Assembly: GCA_038139415.1 (NCBI GenBank) | Contig: JAYOSV010000003.1 | Coordinates: 84,700-148,699 of the forward strand | Length of the DNA: 64,000 nucleotides | Direction: 5' to 3' | Origin: Verrucomicrobiales bacterium | GTDB taxonomy: Bacteria; Verrucomicrobiota; Verrucomicrobiia; Limisphaerales; UBA1100 | Part shown: piece after piece, positions 17,889-28,840 of the stretch | How the letters are laid out: each line of letters opens with the position of its first letter | How positions within the stretch are numbered: position 1 is the stretch's first letter | Program-made: the position numbers and the translations under genes | Notes under the pieces: model-generated | What the model saw: the letters and a program-made list of their open reading frames with translations, nothing else | Database searches by the model: none | Told to the model about the DNA's origin: nothing

Positions 17889-20800
17889 GGCCATTCATCG
17901 GGATGGGCGCCTTGCTGCTTCTGGCAATCGGAAGCATGGCCGAGGACGCGCCGGACTTTAATCGCGAGGTGCGGCCGATTCTCGCGACGCATTGTTTCAC
18001 CTGCCACGGTCCGGACGCCAACACACGCAAAGCCAAGCTGCGGCTGGACGAACGCGAGGCGGCTTTGGAGATCCTAGCGCCCGGCAAGCTGGTGGACAGC
18101 GAGTTGATACATCGCATCCTGTCCGAGGATCCCGATGAAGTGATGCCGCCACCTTCATTGAAAAAGCCGTTGAGCGCGGCACAGAAATCGGTGTTGAAAC
18201 GCTGGGTGGCGGCCGGCGCGCCGTATGCCAGCCACTGGGCCTTCGCCCAACCACAGCGGTCGGAGCCGCCCAAGGTGAAACAGGCCGACTGGGCCCGCAC
18301 GCCGATCGACCGATTCATTCTCGCGCGTTTGGAACAGGAAGAATTGCAACCAGCACCCGAGGCGAATCGCGAGCGGTTGCTGTGTCGGTTGTCGCTGGAT
18401 CTCACTGGTCTGCCGCCGACACCAAAAGAGGTGGAGGCGTTTCTCAAGGATCAATCCCCGAACGCCTATGAAAAGGCGGTCGACCGTCTGCTAGCTTCGC
18501 CGCGGTATGGCGAGCACATGGCCGTGCCGTGGCTGGACTACTCGCGCTACGCCGACAGCAACGGCTACCAAACCGACGGCAGCCGCCAGCAATGGCCGTG
18601 GCGCGATTGGCTGATTCAGGCGCTGAACGCGAACAAGCCGTTTGACCAGTTCACCATTGAACAGTTAGCCGGAGACATGTTGCCAGAGGCGACGCTGCAG
18701 CAGAAGGTGGCCACCGGTTTCAATCGCAACCACCGCATCAACGGCGAAGGCGGCATCATCGCCGAGGAATGGCGCGTGGAAACGGTGATTGATCGGGTGG
18801 AAACCACCGGCGCCACGTGGCTGGGTCTCACGCTCGGCTGCGCGCGTTGCCACGATCACAAGTATGATCCCCTGTCGCAGCGTGAATTTTACCAGTTCTT
18901 TTCCTTCTTCAACAACGTGCCCGAGACCGGACGCTTGGCCGGCCAAAGCAGCAACACCAAGCCTTTGGTGAATGTGGAAACCGCCGAGCATCGCGCGGCC
19001 GTGGCCAAATTGGAGACGGAGATTAAACAGGCCGAGGCAGTCGCAAAACAGGCGGCGACCGAGTTGCCGAAACTGGTGAAGGCGTGGGCTCCGAAATTCC
19101 GTGAAGAATTGGGCGGAAAAAAAGTGACCTGGCAGAGCGTGGACGAAGCGACTGTGACCTCCAAGGGCGGCGCCAAGTTTGAGCGGTTGGAGGACGGCTC
19201 CTGGCTACCGAGCGGACCGAATGCCACGCATGACACGTACGAGATTCGCACCACAATGACCGGCGACCACTTCACCGGTGTGCTGCTGGAATGCCTGCCG
19301 GACGCGCGTCTACCGAACAAGAGTTTGGGCCGGTATAGTAACGGCAACTTTGTGCTCACCCGCGTGGAAGGCGAGATCGTACCGGCCAACGGCAAGCCCT
19401 TGCCGCTGAAGTTTACGCGGATTGAATCGGATTACTCGCAGAAGGGATGGGACATCAAGAACGTCAACAACGGCCAGTCCGGCAAAGGCTGGGCGGTAGA
19501 CGGGCCTACGCGACGGGAACCGATTAAGGCACTCTTCCTCGCGGGTCAACCGGTGGCCGTGCCGAACGAGGCCACGGTGGTGCTGCGGTTTGTGTGCGCG
19601 ACCCTGAACCAACACAACCTCGGACGGTTCCGCCTGTCTCTCACCGGCGCCACACCGGCGGCCGTAAGCCTGAAGGGCGACAGTATTCCCGCCGCGGTGC
19701 GGGCGGCACTGAGTGCCGAGACCCCGAACCCCAAGCAGTGGGCGGCGTTGGAAAAATATTACCGCGCGCACGTGGCCAACCCAGCCAAGGCGGCTGATGA
19801 CCGCGTGGCCGCCAAACGCAAACAACTGGCCGATCTCCGCAAGAAACTGCCGACAGTGATGGTGATGGAGGAAATGCCGGCGCCGCGTAAGGCGTTCATT
19901 CTCAACCGTGGCCAGTACGATCAACCGGCGGAGGAAGTGAAGGCCGGGTTGCCGGCGTTTCTGCCCGCGCTGCCCAAGGGCGCGGCGATGAACCGACTGG
20001 GGCTCGCTCGTTGGATCGCCAGCCCGGATAATCCGCTTACCGCCCGCGTGTGGGTGAACCGAGCCTGGGAACATTTCTTCGGTGTGGGCCTGGTAAAGAC
20101 GACTGAAAACTTTGGTGTACAGGCGGCGTTTCCGAGTCATCCGGCATTGCTGGACTGGTTGGCGCGTGAGTTTGTGAAGCCATCGCAAGGCGTGCAGGTG
20201 AACGGTCAACCGGCCAAAGGGTGGGATATGAAAGCCTTTCACAAACTATTGGTGATGAGCTCGGCCTACCGTCAGGACGCCAAGCCGCGGACCGATACCT
20301 ATGCGGCTGATCCGGACAACCGACTGCTGTCGCGCGGACCGCGTTTCCGATTGGGCGGCGAGCAGTTGCGTGACCGAGCGTTGTTTGTCAGCGGTCTGCT
20401 GGTGGAACGCCTCGGCGGTCCCAGCGTACGGCCGTATATGCCGGTGGGGGTCTGGAACGAGACCACGCGCTACGGGGATTTGCGCAATTATAAAAACGCC
20501 ACCGATGACGGCCTGTATCGGCGCACGATGTACACGATCTGGAAACGGACCGCCGCACCGCCTTCGATGCTGCTCTTTGATGCGCCCAACCGTGAGGTGT
20601 GCACGATCCAGCGCTCACGCACCAACACGCCGTTGCAGGCTTTATCGCTCCTGAACGAAGTGACCTTCGTGGAAGCGGCTCGTCGGCTGGGCGGTCGGAT
20701 GTTGAAAGACGGTGACTCCTCGATGGAAGCGCGGTTGACGCACGGCTTTCTCTGGGCCGTTTCCCGAAAGCCCACTCCAACCGAACTGGCGGTGTTGCGC

Positions 20801-20971
20801 GACGGGCTGAGGGAGGATCTGGCTTATTTCACCGCAAACCCCGAGGCAGCCAAGAAACTGCTGGCTGTGGGCGAATCGGCGGCGCCAGATGATAGACTCG
20901 CGGAGCGCGCGGCGTTCACGCTGGCGGCGAATGTGTTGTTGAACCTCGATGAATTTGTGACGCGCGAATAA
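17885..20971 (+). CDS. PSD1/planctomycete cytochrome c protein (PSCyt1 + DUF1549 + insert + DUF1553)
   Basis: FNREVRPILATHCFTCHG; HWAF; CARCHDHKYDP; TNTPLQAL. ATGA overlap at 17885. Confidence 0.93.
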   Translation: MRPFIGMGALLLLAIGSMAEDAPDFNREVRPILATHCFTCHGPDANTRKAKLRLDEREAALEILAPGKLVDSELIHRILSEDPDEVMPPPSLKKPLSAAQKSVLKRWVAAGAPYASHWAFAQPQRSEPPKVKQADWARTPIDRFILARLEQEELQPAPEANRERLLCRLSLDLTGLPPTPKEVEAFLKDQSPNAYEKAVDRLLASPRYGEHMAVPWLDYSRYADSNGYQTDGSRQQWPWRDWLIQALNANKPFDQFTIEQLAGDMLPEATLQQKVATGFNRNHRINGEGGIIAEEWRVETVIDRVETTGATWLGLTLGCARCHDHKYDPLSQREFYQFFSFFNNVPETGRLAGQSSNTKPLVNVETAEHRAAVAKLETEIKQAEAVAKQAATELPKLVKAWAPKFREELGGKKVTWQSVDEATVTSKGGAKFERLEDGSWLPSGPNATHDTYEIRTTMTGDHFTGVLLECLPDARLPNKSLGRYSNGNFVLTRVEGEIVPANGKPLPLKFTRIESDYSQKGWDIKNVNNGQSGKGWAVDGPTRREPIKALFLAGQPVAVPNEATVVLRFVCATLNQHNLGRFRLSLTGATPAAVSLKGDSIPAAVRAALSAETPNPKQWAALEKYYRAHVANPAKAADDRVAAKRKQLADLRKKLPTVMVMEEMPAPRKAFILNRGQYDQPAEEVKAGLPAFLPALPKGAAMNRLGLARWIASPDNPLTARVWVNRAWEHFFGVGLVKTTENFGVQAAFPSHPALLDWLAREFVKPSQGVQVNGQPAKGWDMKAFHKLLVMSSAYRQDAKPRTDTYAADPDNRLLSRGPRFRLGGEQLRDRALFVSGLLVERLGGPSVRPYMPVGVWNETTRYGDLRNYKNATDDGLYRRTMYTIWKRTAAPPSMLLFDAPNREVCTIQRSRTNTPLQALSLLNEVTFVEAARRLGGRMLKDGDSSMEARLTHGFLWAVSRKPTPTELAVLRDGLREDLAYFTANPEAAKKLLAVGESAAPDDRLAERAAFTLAANVLLNLDEFVTRE

Positions 20972-22413
20972 TGAATCCCGATTTCAATCTCCAGGTGCAG
21001 GACGCCCTCAACCGGCGCGTGTTCCTGCGTAACACCACTTCGTTTCTCGGACTGTCAGCTCTGGCCGGATTGACGCAGGCGAAGACCTCGTCGAGCGGCC
21101 TGCCCGGGTTTCCCACGCACGCAGCCAAGGCGAAACGGATCATTTATCTGTTCCAATCCGGGGCACCGTCGCAGATGGATTTGTTTGATCCCAAACCGGC
21201 GATTACCGATCGGCGCGGCGAGGATTTGCCCGACTCTATCCGGAAAGGTCAACGGCTCACCACGATGACCTCCGGCCAGAAGAAGTTTCCGGTGGCACCC
21301 ACCATTTTTAAGTTCGGGCGGCACGGCCAGAGTGGCATGGAGTTCAGCGAACTGTTGCCGCACCTGTCCAAGCAGGCCGACAAGCTGGCGATGATTCGTA
21401 CGGTGCATACCGAGGCGATCAACCACGATCCGGCGATCACCTTTTGCCAGACCGGCCATCAACTGGCCGGTCGACCGAGCATCGGTTCGTGGCTCAGTTA
21501 TGGGTTGGGTAGCGAAAACCGCAATCTGCCGGCGTATGTTGTGCTCACTTCCTTTGGGTCCGGCCGGCCGAATGATCAGCCGCTGTACGATCGCCTGTGG
21601 AGTTCGGGGTTTCTGCCCACGCGCCATCAGGGCGTGAAATTTCGAAACACTGGCGATGCGGTCCTGTATCTTTCCAACCCGCCGGGAGTGGACACCGCTA
21701 CCCGTCGGCGCACACTGGATCGCCTGAACTCGCTTAACCGCGAACGTCTTTCGCAGGTTGGTGATCCAGAAATCGCCACGCGCATAGCGCAGTATGAACT
21801 GGCGTTTCGCATGCAGAGCAGTGTGCCGGAGTTGTTGGATGTCTCCAAGGAACCTAAGCACGTGCTGGATTCCTACGGACCGGATGTGCATCGACCCGGG
21901 TCGTACGCGGCCAACTGCCTACTGGCACGTCGCATGGCCGAGCGGGATGTGCGGTTTGTGCAGCTCTTTCACATGGGCTGGGATCACCACGGCGGCTTGC
22001 CCAAAGCGGTGGCCGGGCAATGCAAGGACACCGATCAACCGACGGCCGCACTGCTGAACGACCTGGAGCAACGCGGGTTGTTGAAGGATACGCTGGTGGT
22101 GTGGGGCGGCGAGTTCGGGCGCACGGTGTATTCGCAGGGCAATTTATCCGCGACCAACTACGGGCGCGATCATCATCCGCGTTGTTTCACCATGCTCATG
22201 GCCGGCGCGGGCATTCGCGGCGGCGTGACCTATGGTGAGACGGATGATTACTGCTACAACATCGTTCGCGATCCGGTGGAGGTGCATGATCTCAACGCAA
22301 CCATTCTGGATCAGCTGGGGATCGATCACGAGAAGCTCACTTACAAATTCCAGGGGCGCGATTATCGCCTTACGGACGTACACGGTAAGCCGGTGAAGGG
22401 CGTATTGACCTAA
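20971..22413 (+). CDS. DUF1501 family protein, Tat-exported
   Basis: NRRVFL; GAPSQMDLFD; GWDHH; GRDHHP. TAATG overlap. Confidence 0.93.
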   Translation: MNPDFNLQVQDALNRRVFLRNTTSFLGLSALAGLTQAKTSSSGLPGFPTHAAKAKRIIYLFQSGAPSQMDLFDPKPAITDRRGEDLPDSIRKGQRLTTMTSGQKKFPVAPTIFKFGRHGQSGMEFSELLPHLSKQADKLAMIRTVHTEAINHDPAITFCQTGHQLAGRPSIGSWLSYGLGSENRNLPAYVVLTSFGSGRPNDQPLYDRLWSSGFLPTRHQGVKFRNTGDAVLYLSNPPGVDTATRRRTLDRLNSLNRERLSQVGDPEIATRIAQYELAFRMQSSVPELLDVSKEPKHVLDSYGPDVHRPGSYAANCLLARRMAERDVRFVQLFHMGWDHHGGLPKAVAGQCKDTDQPTAALLNDLEQRGLLKDTLVVWGGEFGRTVYSQGNLSATNYGRDHHPRCFTMLMAGAGIRGGVTYGETDDYCYNIVRDPVEVHDLNATILDQLGIDHEKLTYKFQGRDYRLTDVHGKPVKGVLT

Positions 22414-22424
22414 CGTTCCAACCC

Positions 22425-22988
22425 TTACGCGGTGGCCTGTTCTTTTTCGGCCAGCAACTGCTCGCGCCGTGACTGACGCCGTGACTGATATTTGCGCAGA
22501 CCGGCGCGCGCGATGAAAAAGCCGATCAACCCGATGACCGCCCCGAACACTGCGGCTCCAGCGGTCCAGCCGGCAAGTGCCTTGAGCAATTCACCGGAAG
22601 AGGCGAGATCCTTGACCACATCCCATGTTTCGCCCAGCGGCTTCATTGTCTCGCCGTCCATGAATTTGTCTTTGTAGTTCGGCAACCCGAGCATTTTACT
22701 GCCGAGAATAAAGCTGGGTGGGATGGTGAGAAAGGCGAACAGCTTGGCAAACACAAAGCCTGCGACCGCGGCGCCCATGTGACCCTTGCCGAACTTGTTC
22801 AGCGGATACATCAGGAAAAAGGCAAGGCCCAAGGTGGGGAAGAAAATCAGCTCCACAAAGATGCCGTAACCCACGCCGCGGGCCACCTGTGAGGGCGCGC
22901 CTTTGGTTCGGAGAATCCGCAGGTAATCAAGGCGCATCTTGCGCCCGATGCGGGTATACCAGGGATGCCTGCTCGTGCCGCCGGCCAT
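22425..22988 (-). CDS. DUF2062 domain membrane protein
   Basis: PSQVARGVGYGIF...FPTLG pattern, hydrophobic helices, Arg-rich tail. Confidence 0.75.
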   Translation of the reverse strand: MAGGTSRHPWYTRIGRKMRLDYLRILRTKGAPSQVARGVGYGIFVELIFFPTLGLAFFLMYPLNKFGKGHMGAAVAGFVFAKLFAFLTIPPSFILGSKMLGLPNYKDKFMDGETMKPLGETWDVVKDLASSGELLKALAGWTAGAAVFGAVIGLIGFFIARAGLRKYQSRRQSRREQLLAEKEQATA

Positions 22989-22994
22989 GGGCGG

Positions 22995-23570
22995 TTACTT
23001 GGCTACCACCCAGTCAAATGAGATCTTTACTTCGGGATCAGTCTGGATGCTGCCGGTGGGCAGCTTGGGGGAGGGGGGCGTGATGCCGAAATCGGTCATC
23101 TTAATCGGCACCAGTCCGGATACTGTCAGTTGGCCAGCCTTATTGGCGATGTTGACGTCGAAGTTCAGCGGCTGCTTTTTGCCGTTGATCTCAATGGCAC
23201 CAGAACCTGCGCAGGTGGACACGCCGTCCTTCACGGACTTCACTTCAAGACCGGTGATGGTAAACTTGATGAGCTTGTGCTTCGGCTCGTTCATGGCCGC
23301 GTGCATTACTTCGTCCATGCGCTTCTTGCCGCTCTTCAACTGGCGCACGGGTACAATCACCGTGCCGCTGGCCTTGGCCGTACCGGTTTTACCGAGGGCG
23401 GCGCCATCCACATTCAGGAAACCGCCGATGACCTTGGTCTCGACCTTCCACTTGTGCACGCTGGAGTTGCCGTTGATGATCAGATTGCTGAGGCCAAACT
23501 TGGCCTTATAGAGCTCGGCTTGCGCGGGCAAGGCGAGGATGAGGGCGGTGAGAATGAGAATTTTTTTCAT
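22995..23570 (-). CDS. YceI family periplasmic lipid/isoprenoid-binding protein
   Basis: Signal peptide; GNSSVHKW, LKSG..RMD, IKMTDFGITPP. Confidence 0.85.
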   Translation of the reverse strand: MKKILILTALILALPAQAELYKAKFGLSNLIINGNSSVHKWKVETKVIGGFLNVDGAALGKTGTAKASGTVIVPVRQLKSGKKRMDEVMHAAMNEPKHKLIKFTITGLEVKSVKDGVSTCAGSGAIEINGKKQPLNFDVNIANKAGQLTVSGLVPIKMTDFGITPPSPKLPTGSIQTDPEVKISFDWVVAK

Positions 23571-23585
23571 GGAATATGTGTGGGG

Positions 23586-24968
23586 TTAAACAGTTAGATC
23601 TTCGGGTTTGATTTCCACGCGCTTGCCGGTCATCACGGCCTCGTTGGCTTTGAGGGCAATCACGTTGGCTTGGTAGCCGGCGGTGGCATCAGCGGCGGGC
23701 AATAGGCTGTTGGTGGAGCCAAGCTGGTCGGCGAGATAATCGGCCAGAGTCTCGGCATCGGCTTCGCCAAACGTATTGAGGAAATCCTCCACGGCGCTTT
23801 TGACCTGATGGCTGTTGTAGGCAAAGGCCTCTAGGCTGTAGAATAACGGTGACTGGGTGAAGGTGGATTCTTGGTACAACTTCTTTCCACCTTTGCCGAG
23901 CGTGGTGGCACCGGCTGCCAGCACCACGCCGGGGGAGCCGTAGTGGGGCATCTTACGGGCGTACACTTCCCAGCCGATCAGCGGGGCGTCGGCCTCCTTG
24001 TACATCCACGCCTGCGCGCCACGCAGCATCACGGCGCTGTTAGTGCCGTGCATCACCTCGTACTCGCCATCGAATGAGTTTGCGAGGGTAAGTTCCTGCG
24101 TGAGGGAAAAGTCGTTTGCATACTCGTACACGATGTTCACCGTGTCGGGTACCTTGCGGCCGTCGCGCCATTGGACAGTGTTCCCAAAGCCGCTGACTGC
24201 GACGGGTTGCAGTTTGAGGAAATGATTCACAATATCAGCCTGATGCATGCCGATCTCTCCGACGAGGCCGGGGGAGAGTTCGGGGTTCAGGCGCCAGTTG
24301 ATCAGTTTCTCTCGTTCGGCATTGGGCGAGACAAAACGCCAGCTGGTTTTCTTGTGCCACTGAGTTCGTGCGTGCACGGCCTTGCCGATCGCGCCGGCGC
24401 GCATGAAAGGGAACATGAATTGTCGCTGCGGTTCACTGCGGTACTGCAGGCCCGGCTGGAAATTGACCTTCGGATTGGCCGCGGCCGCTTTGGCAATGGC
24501 GCGGGCATCCTCCACGGTGCCGCCGAGTGGCGCCTCGCAGTAGACATGCTTGCCGGCCTTGAGCGCGGCCAGAGCGATCTCCTTGTGATCGTGCGGCGCG
24601 GTGGCAATCACTACCCCTTCCACATTCTCGTCCTTGAGCAGGTCCTGAAAATTATCATAGCTGGCTGCCTTGGGATGCTCGCGCTTGGCGCGGCGTTGCA
24701 TGGCGCCGTAGTGATCGGCCACGGCGACTAGCGGCGCGCTGGGTAGTTGCGCTAGGTTGCGGGCGATCTCGCGTCCGTGCGGGCCGTAGCCAATGAGGCC
24801 CATCTTGATTGGCGGCGTGGAATCATCGGTGCGGCGCGAGGCGTCTTTGCCTTCGCTTTCCTGCGCGCGCGTTTCGAGGGCCTGCATCATCGCGGCCATC
24901 GCGGCCAACGAACCGCCGGCGGAGGAAATAAAATCGCGCCGGTTGAAATCCTGTTTATTCTCACTCAT
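23586..24968 (-). CDS. Gfo/Idh/MocA family oxidoreductase, Tat-exported
   Basis: NRRDFI; GLIGYGPHG; GKHVYCEAP (canonical EKP here EAP); NWRL...G.V.E.G.H..D. Confidence 0.88.
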   Translation of the reverse strand: MSENKQDFNRRDFISSAGGSLAAMAAMMQALETRAQESEGKDASRRTDDSTPPIKMGLIGYGPHGREIARNLAQLPSAPLVAVADHYGAMQRRAKREHPKAASYDNFQDLLKDENVEGVVIATAPHDHKEIALAALKAGKHVYCEAPLGGTVEDARAIAKAAAANPKVNFQPGLQYRSEPQRQFMFPFMRAGAIGKAVHARTQWHKKTSWRFVSPNAEREKLINWRLNPELSPGLVGEIGMHQADIVNHFLKLQPVAVSGFGNTVQWRDGRKVPDTVNIVYEYANDFSLTQELTLANSFDGEYEVMHGTNSAVMLRGAQAWMYKEADAPLIGWEVYARKMPHYGSPGVVLAAGATTLGKGGKKLYQESTFTQSPLFYSLEAFAYNSHQVKSAVEDFLNTFGEADAETLADYLADQLGSTNSLLPAADATAGYQANVIALKANEAVMTGKRVEIKPEDLTV

Positions 24969-25052
24969 GGGTAAGGGGCTCATAGTGTGCGGGTTTCGAG
25001 GGCAAAAGCAAGCGCGGACCGGCAGCACGGTGACGTCGGTCCGTGCGGGAAA

Positions 25053-26042
25053 TTACTTCACTTCCGCGAGGACCTCTTTGATCAGGTCCATGTTTTTGCC
25101 GCGACTGTTCCAGCTATTCTCGCGGAGGAGCTTGATGAATTTTTCATCAGCGGACTTGGCCATCATATCCTTGAGGAGCATGTCGTGGTTGAGATTTAGT
25201 TTCTGCGAGGCAAACAGGGCGAAGGCCTTGATGCTTTCCTTGGCTTGCAGGTCCGGGTTGGGGGCGGACGGGCCGTCGGTGAGCTTGAGGCTCCATTTGA
25301 AGCCTTCGATCAGGTGCTTGTGGAAGGTTTCATTTTCCCAGGTGGACCCGTTGTGTCCGAGATTGGTAAAGAACACGCGGCCTTTGCCAAAGCTGCGCAC
25401 CCAACAGACCGGCACATGGTAGGGCATCTGAGGTTTGCTCTTGGCCATGTTCAGGCTGAAGAGCACGCGCACGGCGTTGGGATCGAAGTTGTTGTATTGG
25501 TAGATTTCGTCCTTCCACATGAATTCCTTGCCGAGCATAGCCACGGTGGGGTGGGAGGATTCGTGGTTGAGGAAGCCGTTGGTTCCGCCTGCGTTCCAGG
25601 GGTGACCGGCGAAGGTGCCGTTGATCATCTTCACATAGCCATCGTACTTCTTGAAGGTGTCGGCCGCGCTGTGTGCACCCACGAAGCCTTTGCCGGACTG
25701 GATGAACTCCATCAGCGCATCGCGCGGATCGCCGGCAGGCAATAGCATGCCGGTGGTATAAAAAAAGATGCCGTCAAACTGCTTTAGGTTTTCACGTGTG
25801 ATACTCTGGATGGCGTTCTGCGAATTCACCGTGGTAAACACACCGCTCTTCTTGCCGATCTCCGCCAGCACGCGTTCGACCTGGCATGTGTCCTTTCCGG
25901 CGCGGTTGACTGGTTGATGGCGAAACCCAGCGGATTGGGTGATCACCAAAATCTTTTTCGGCGCGGACTGTACCTCAGCCGGGGCGTTCAGGAACATTAA
26001 TCCGCCCAAGGCGGCCAACAGGATTCGTTTCAGGATTTTCAT
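25053..26042 (-). CDS. ThuA domain protein
   Basis: KILVITQSAGFRH, GKGFVGAHSAADT, GHPW, DEIY, GKGRVFFTNLGH. Confidence 0.88.
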   Translation of the reverse strand: MKILKRILLAALGGLMFLNAPAEVQSAPKKILVITQSAGFRHQPVNRAGKDTCQVERVLAEIGKKSGVFTTVNSQNAIQSITRENLKQFDGIFFYTTGMLLPAGDPRDALMEFIQSGKGFVGAHSAADTFKKYDGYVKMINGTFAGHPWNAGGTNGFLNHESSHPTVAMLGKEFMWKDEIYQYNNFDPNAVRVLFSLNMAKSKPQMPYHVPVCWVRSFGKGRVFFTNLGHNGSTWENETFHKHLIEGFKWSLKLTDGPSAPNPDLQAKESIKAFALFASQKLNLNHDMLLKDMMAKSADEKFIKLLRENSWNSRGKNMDLIKEVLAEVK

Positions 26043-26210
26043 GAGATCTATATAGGACTCTATTTTGGGGTGGACAATTCATCAGGGAACACCGATGTGG
26101 TCAAGGTTTCTCGGCTTGAACTCCAGTCCAACCTTATGGCATGGTGGTGAGACACTTTGGCGCTCACATTAGCCCGGTTTTTTCGCGGGGCAAAATGGCA
26201 CCAACAGCCC

Positions 26211-27467
26211 ATGGCGACTGAACGCACCAGTTTTTTCGATCGTATTGCCGGCCGCATTGATCAGCTCGATTCGGAGGGGCTGCAGACCGTGGTGGCTCGT
26301 TTGGCACGGGAGCGTGATTTTCTCGAGACGCTGTTTGATACCATTGAGGACGGCGTGCTCGTGCTGGACGGCAAAGCGCACATTTCCTGGCACAACCAAT
26401 CCGCCGAACATCTGCTGAGTCTGCCACTGGACAAGGCCGAGGGGCAGGGGTTGGCAAAGTTCCTGCCTGGGCTCGATTGGGATAAGCTTTGCGCCGTGGA
26501 ATCCACCGACAGCCTTTCAGTCACACGGCATGAACTGGAGGTCGCCTATCCCATTCGCCGCTTCCTGCGCGTGTATACCGCAGCCTTGGTCGGCGAGGGC
26601 GCCCATGGCTTGGCGGTAATTATCAATGACGCCACCGAGCAGCAGCAGAAAACCTTTGAGGCTCTCGAGAGCGAACGGGTTGAGGCACTCACCCTATTGG
26701 CTGCCAGTGTGGCGCATGAAATCGGTAACCCGCTCAACGCCCTGCACATTCATTTGCAGTTGATGGAACGTGAGGTGAAAAAGCTGAAGGCCACCGACGC
26801 CGACGCGCCGCTGGACCTTGCCGATCCCGATGCCGCGGCCAACCACGCCGCCAGTATTCGCAAGCTGGAAACCTATCTCGAGATCGCCAAGGGTGAAATC
26901 AATCGGCTGGACTACATCATCAGCCAATTTTTGCAGGCCATCCGTCCGACGCGTCCGGAGCTCAAGCCCGTTTCGCTTAACGATATTTTGCTCGATACCC
27001 TGACTTTGCTCGGGCCGGAAATTGAAAACCGTGAGGTCACGCTGTCGCAGCACTTCGCCGAGGAGTTGCCCAACGCGCCGCTGGACGAAGTGCAGGTGAA
27101 ACAGGCACTGGTGAATCTCATCAAGAACGCCATCCAGGCCATGACTCAAGGGGGCGCGCTAACATTGACCACCATCGCCGAGACCGACGGCGTGTGGGTT
27201 TACGTGGCCGATACCGGCGGCGGTATTCCGCAAGAGAAAATCAACCGCATCTTTCAGCCCTATTTCACCACCAAGAAAGAAGGCAGTGGCCTGGGGCTAA
27301 TGATTGTTCAGCGTATTGTGCGCGAACACGGCGGCCGCATTGAGCTGGAGAGTAACACCGGCCAAGGCACCACCTTCCGTCTCTGGTTCCCGCTCACCGA
27401 ACAACAACCCCTGCGCTTGACCGGCGGCGAGACCTCGCAGGCCAGTGCAACAAACGATCATGCTTAA
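26211..27467 (+). CDS. Soluble PAS sensor histidine kinase (NtrB/AtoS-like)
   Basis: AHEIGNPL H-box, NLIKNA, DTGGGI, GSGLGL. No transmembrane helix evident. Confidence 0.92.
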   Translation: MATERTSFFDRIAGRIDQLDSEGLQTVVARLARERDFLETLFDTIEDGVLVLDGKAHISWHNQSAEHLLSLPLDKAEGQGLAKFLPGLDWDKLCAVESTDSLSVTRHELEVAYPIRRFLRVYTAALVGEGAHGLAVIINDATEQQQKTFEALESERVEALTLLAASVAHEIGNPLNALHIHLQLMEREVKKLKATDADAPLDLADPDAAANHAASIRKLETYLEIAKGEINRLDYIISQFLQAIRPTRPELKPVSLNDILLDTLTLLGPEIENREVTLSQHFAEELPNAPLDEVQVKQALVNLIKNAIQAMTQGGALTLTTIAETDGVWVYVADTGGGIPQEKINRIFQPYFTTKKEGSGLGLMIVQRIVREHGGRIELESNTGQGTTFRLWFPLTEQQPLRLTGGETSQASATNDHA

Positions 27468-28833
27468 ACCCACAGTCTTAATCGTTGATGATGAAAAACC
27501 CACCCGGGAAGGCCTGCGGGCGGCACTGGAGGATCGCTACGATGTCTACATCGCCGAGGACGGTGAGGGCGCCTTGCGGTTGCTGGAGGAGGACGGTTAT
27601 GACGTGCTACTCACTGACCTGCGCATGCCGGGCATTGGAGGACTCGACTTGATCAAGCGCGCCAAGTCGCTGGGTAAACCGCCTATTTGTATTTTGATGA
27701 CTGCCTATGGTAGTGAGGAAATGGCTGTGGACGCCATGCGACAGGGCGCTGATGATTACATCGCCAAGGGTCGATTGCAGATTGATGAACTCGAAATGCG
27801 CATTGCGCGCGCCGTGCGTTCGCAGAAGCTGGAATCCGAAAACCGCGAGCTGCGTTCGCAGGTGGATACCAAGTTCGGTCTCGAAAACGTGATCGGCCAA
27901 TCGTCGGCGATGGAGGGTATTTTCGAAATCGTCCAGCAAGTCGCCCCCGCGCGTGCCAGCGTGCTTGTGCTCGGCGAAAGCGGCACGGGAAAGGAACTCA
28001 TCGCCAAGGCCATCCACAACCTCAGCCCGCGTGCCAAGCAGCCGCTGGTTACCGTGCATTGCGCGGCCCTCTCGCCCACGCTGTTGGAGAGTGAATTGTT
28101 TGGTCACGAAAAAGGCGCGTTCACCGGCGCGCACGAACGCCGCATCGGCCGCTTCGAACAGGCCAATGGCGGCACACTATTCCTTGATGAGATCGGCGAG
28201 ATCGATCAGGCCATTCAGGTCAAGCTGCTAAGGTTCCTTGGCGAACGTACCTTCGAACGCGTGGGCTCCAATAAAACCCTCTCCTCCGACGTCCGCATCA
28301 TTGCCGCCACCAATCGCAATCTCGAACACGAGGTGACTGAGGGCAATTTCCGGGAAGACCTGTTCTTTCGCCTGCGTGTGGTGGAGCTAAGCCTGCCGCC
28401 CCTACGCGATCGCGGCACCGACGCCGTGTTGCTCGCGAAAAGTTTCCTCAAGGAGTTCGCTCAGGAAAACGCCAAGGCCATCGAGGACTTTCATCCGGAC
28501 GCCGTCGAGGCACTGCTCAATCATCCCTGGCCCGGCAACGTGCGCGAACTACGCACGGCCATCGAGCACGCCGTGGTGTTGTGCCGCGGCAACACCATTG
28601 GCCTACGTGATCTGCCGCCTAGTGTGCGCGGTGAATCCGCTGGCGCGCCGCATCCGGACGCCAAGGAAGTGTTAAGCAAAAAGAACCTGACCGTGGAGGA
28701 CGCCGAAAAGGCTTTGATCATCCGCGCCTTGAAGGAATGTGGGGGCAACCGAACGAAGGCCGCCGAAAAAATTGGCATGAGTCGTCGAACGCTTCATCGA
28801 AAACTGCACGCCTACAACCTTCACGACTTATAG
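27460..28833 (+). CDS. sigma54-dependent Fis-family response regulator (NtrC/AtoC-like)
   Basis: Receiver VDD...[28 protein letters not shown]-terminal HTH. Confidence 0.95.
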   Translation: MLKPTVLIVDDEKPTREGLRAALEDRYDVYIAEDGEGALRLLEEDGYDVLLTDLRMPGIGGLDLIKRAKSLGKPPICILMTAYGSEEMAVDAMRQGADDYIAKGRLQIDELEMRIARAVRSQKLESENRELRSQVDTKFGLENVIGQSSAMEGIFEIVQQVAPARASVLVLGESGTGKELIAKAIHNLSPRAKQPLVTVHCAALSPTLLESELFGHEKGAFTGAHERRIGRFEQANGGTLFLDEIGEIDQAIQVKLLRFLGERTFERVGSNKTLSSDVRIIAATNRNLEHEVTEGNFREDLFFRLRVVELSLPPLRDRGTDAVLLAKSFLKEFAQENAKAIEDFHPDAVEALLNHPWPGNVRELRTAIEHAVVLCRGNTIGLRDLPPSVRGESAGAPHPDAKEVLSKKNLTVEDAEKALIIRALKECGGNRTKAAEKIGMSRRTLHRKLHAYNLHDL

Positions 28834-28840
28834 GCGCCGA

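Noticed and set aside
26157..26175. Possible sigma54 -24/-12 site (TTGGCGCTCACATTAGC) upstream of the kinase
   Set aside because: The -12 element does not match TTGC at the required GG-N10-GC spacing; too weak to report.
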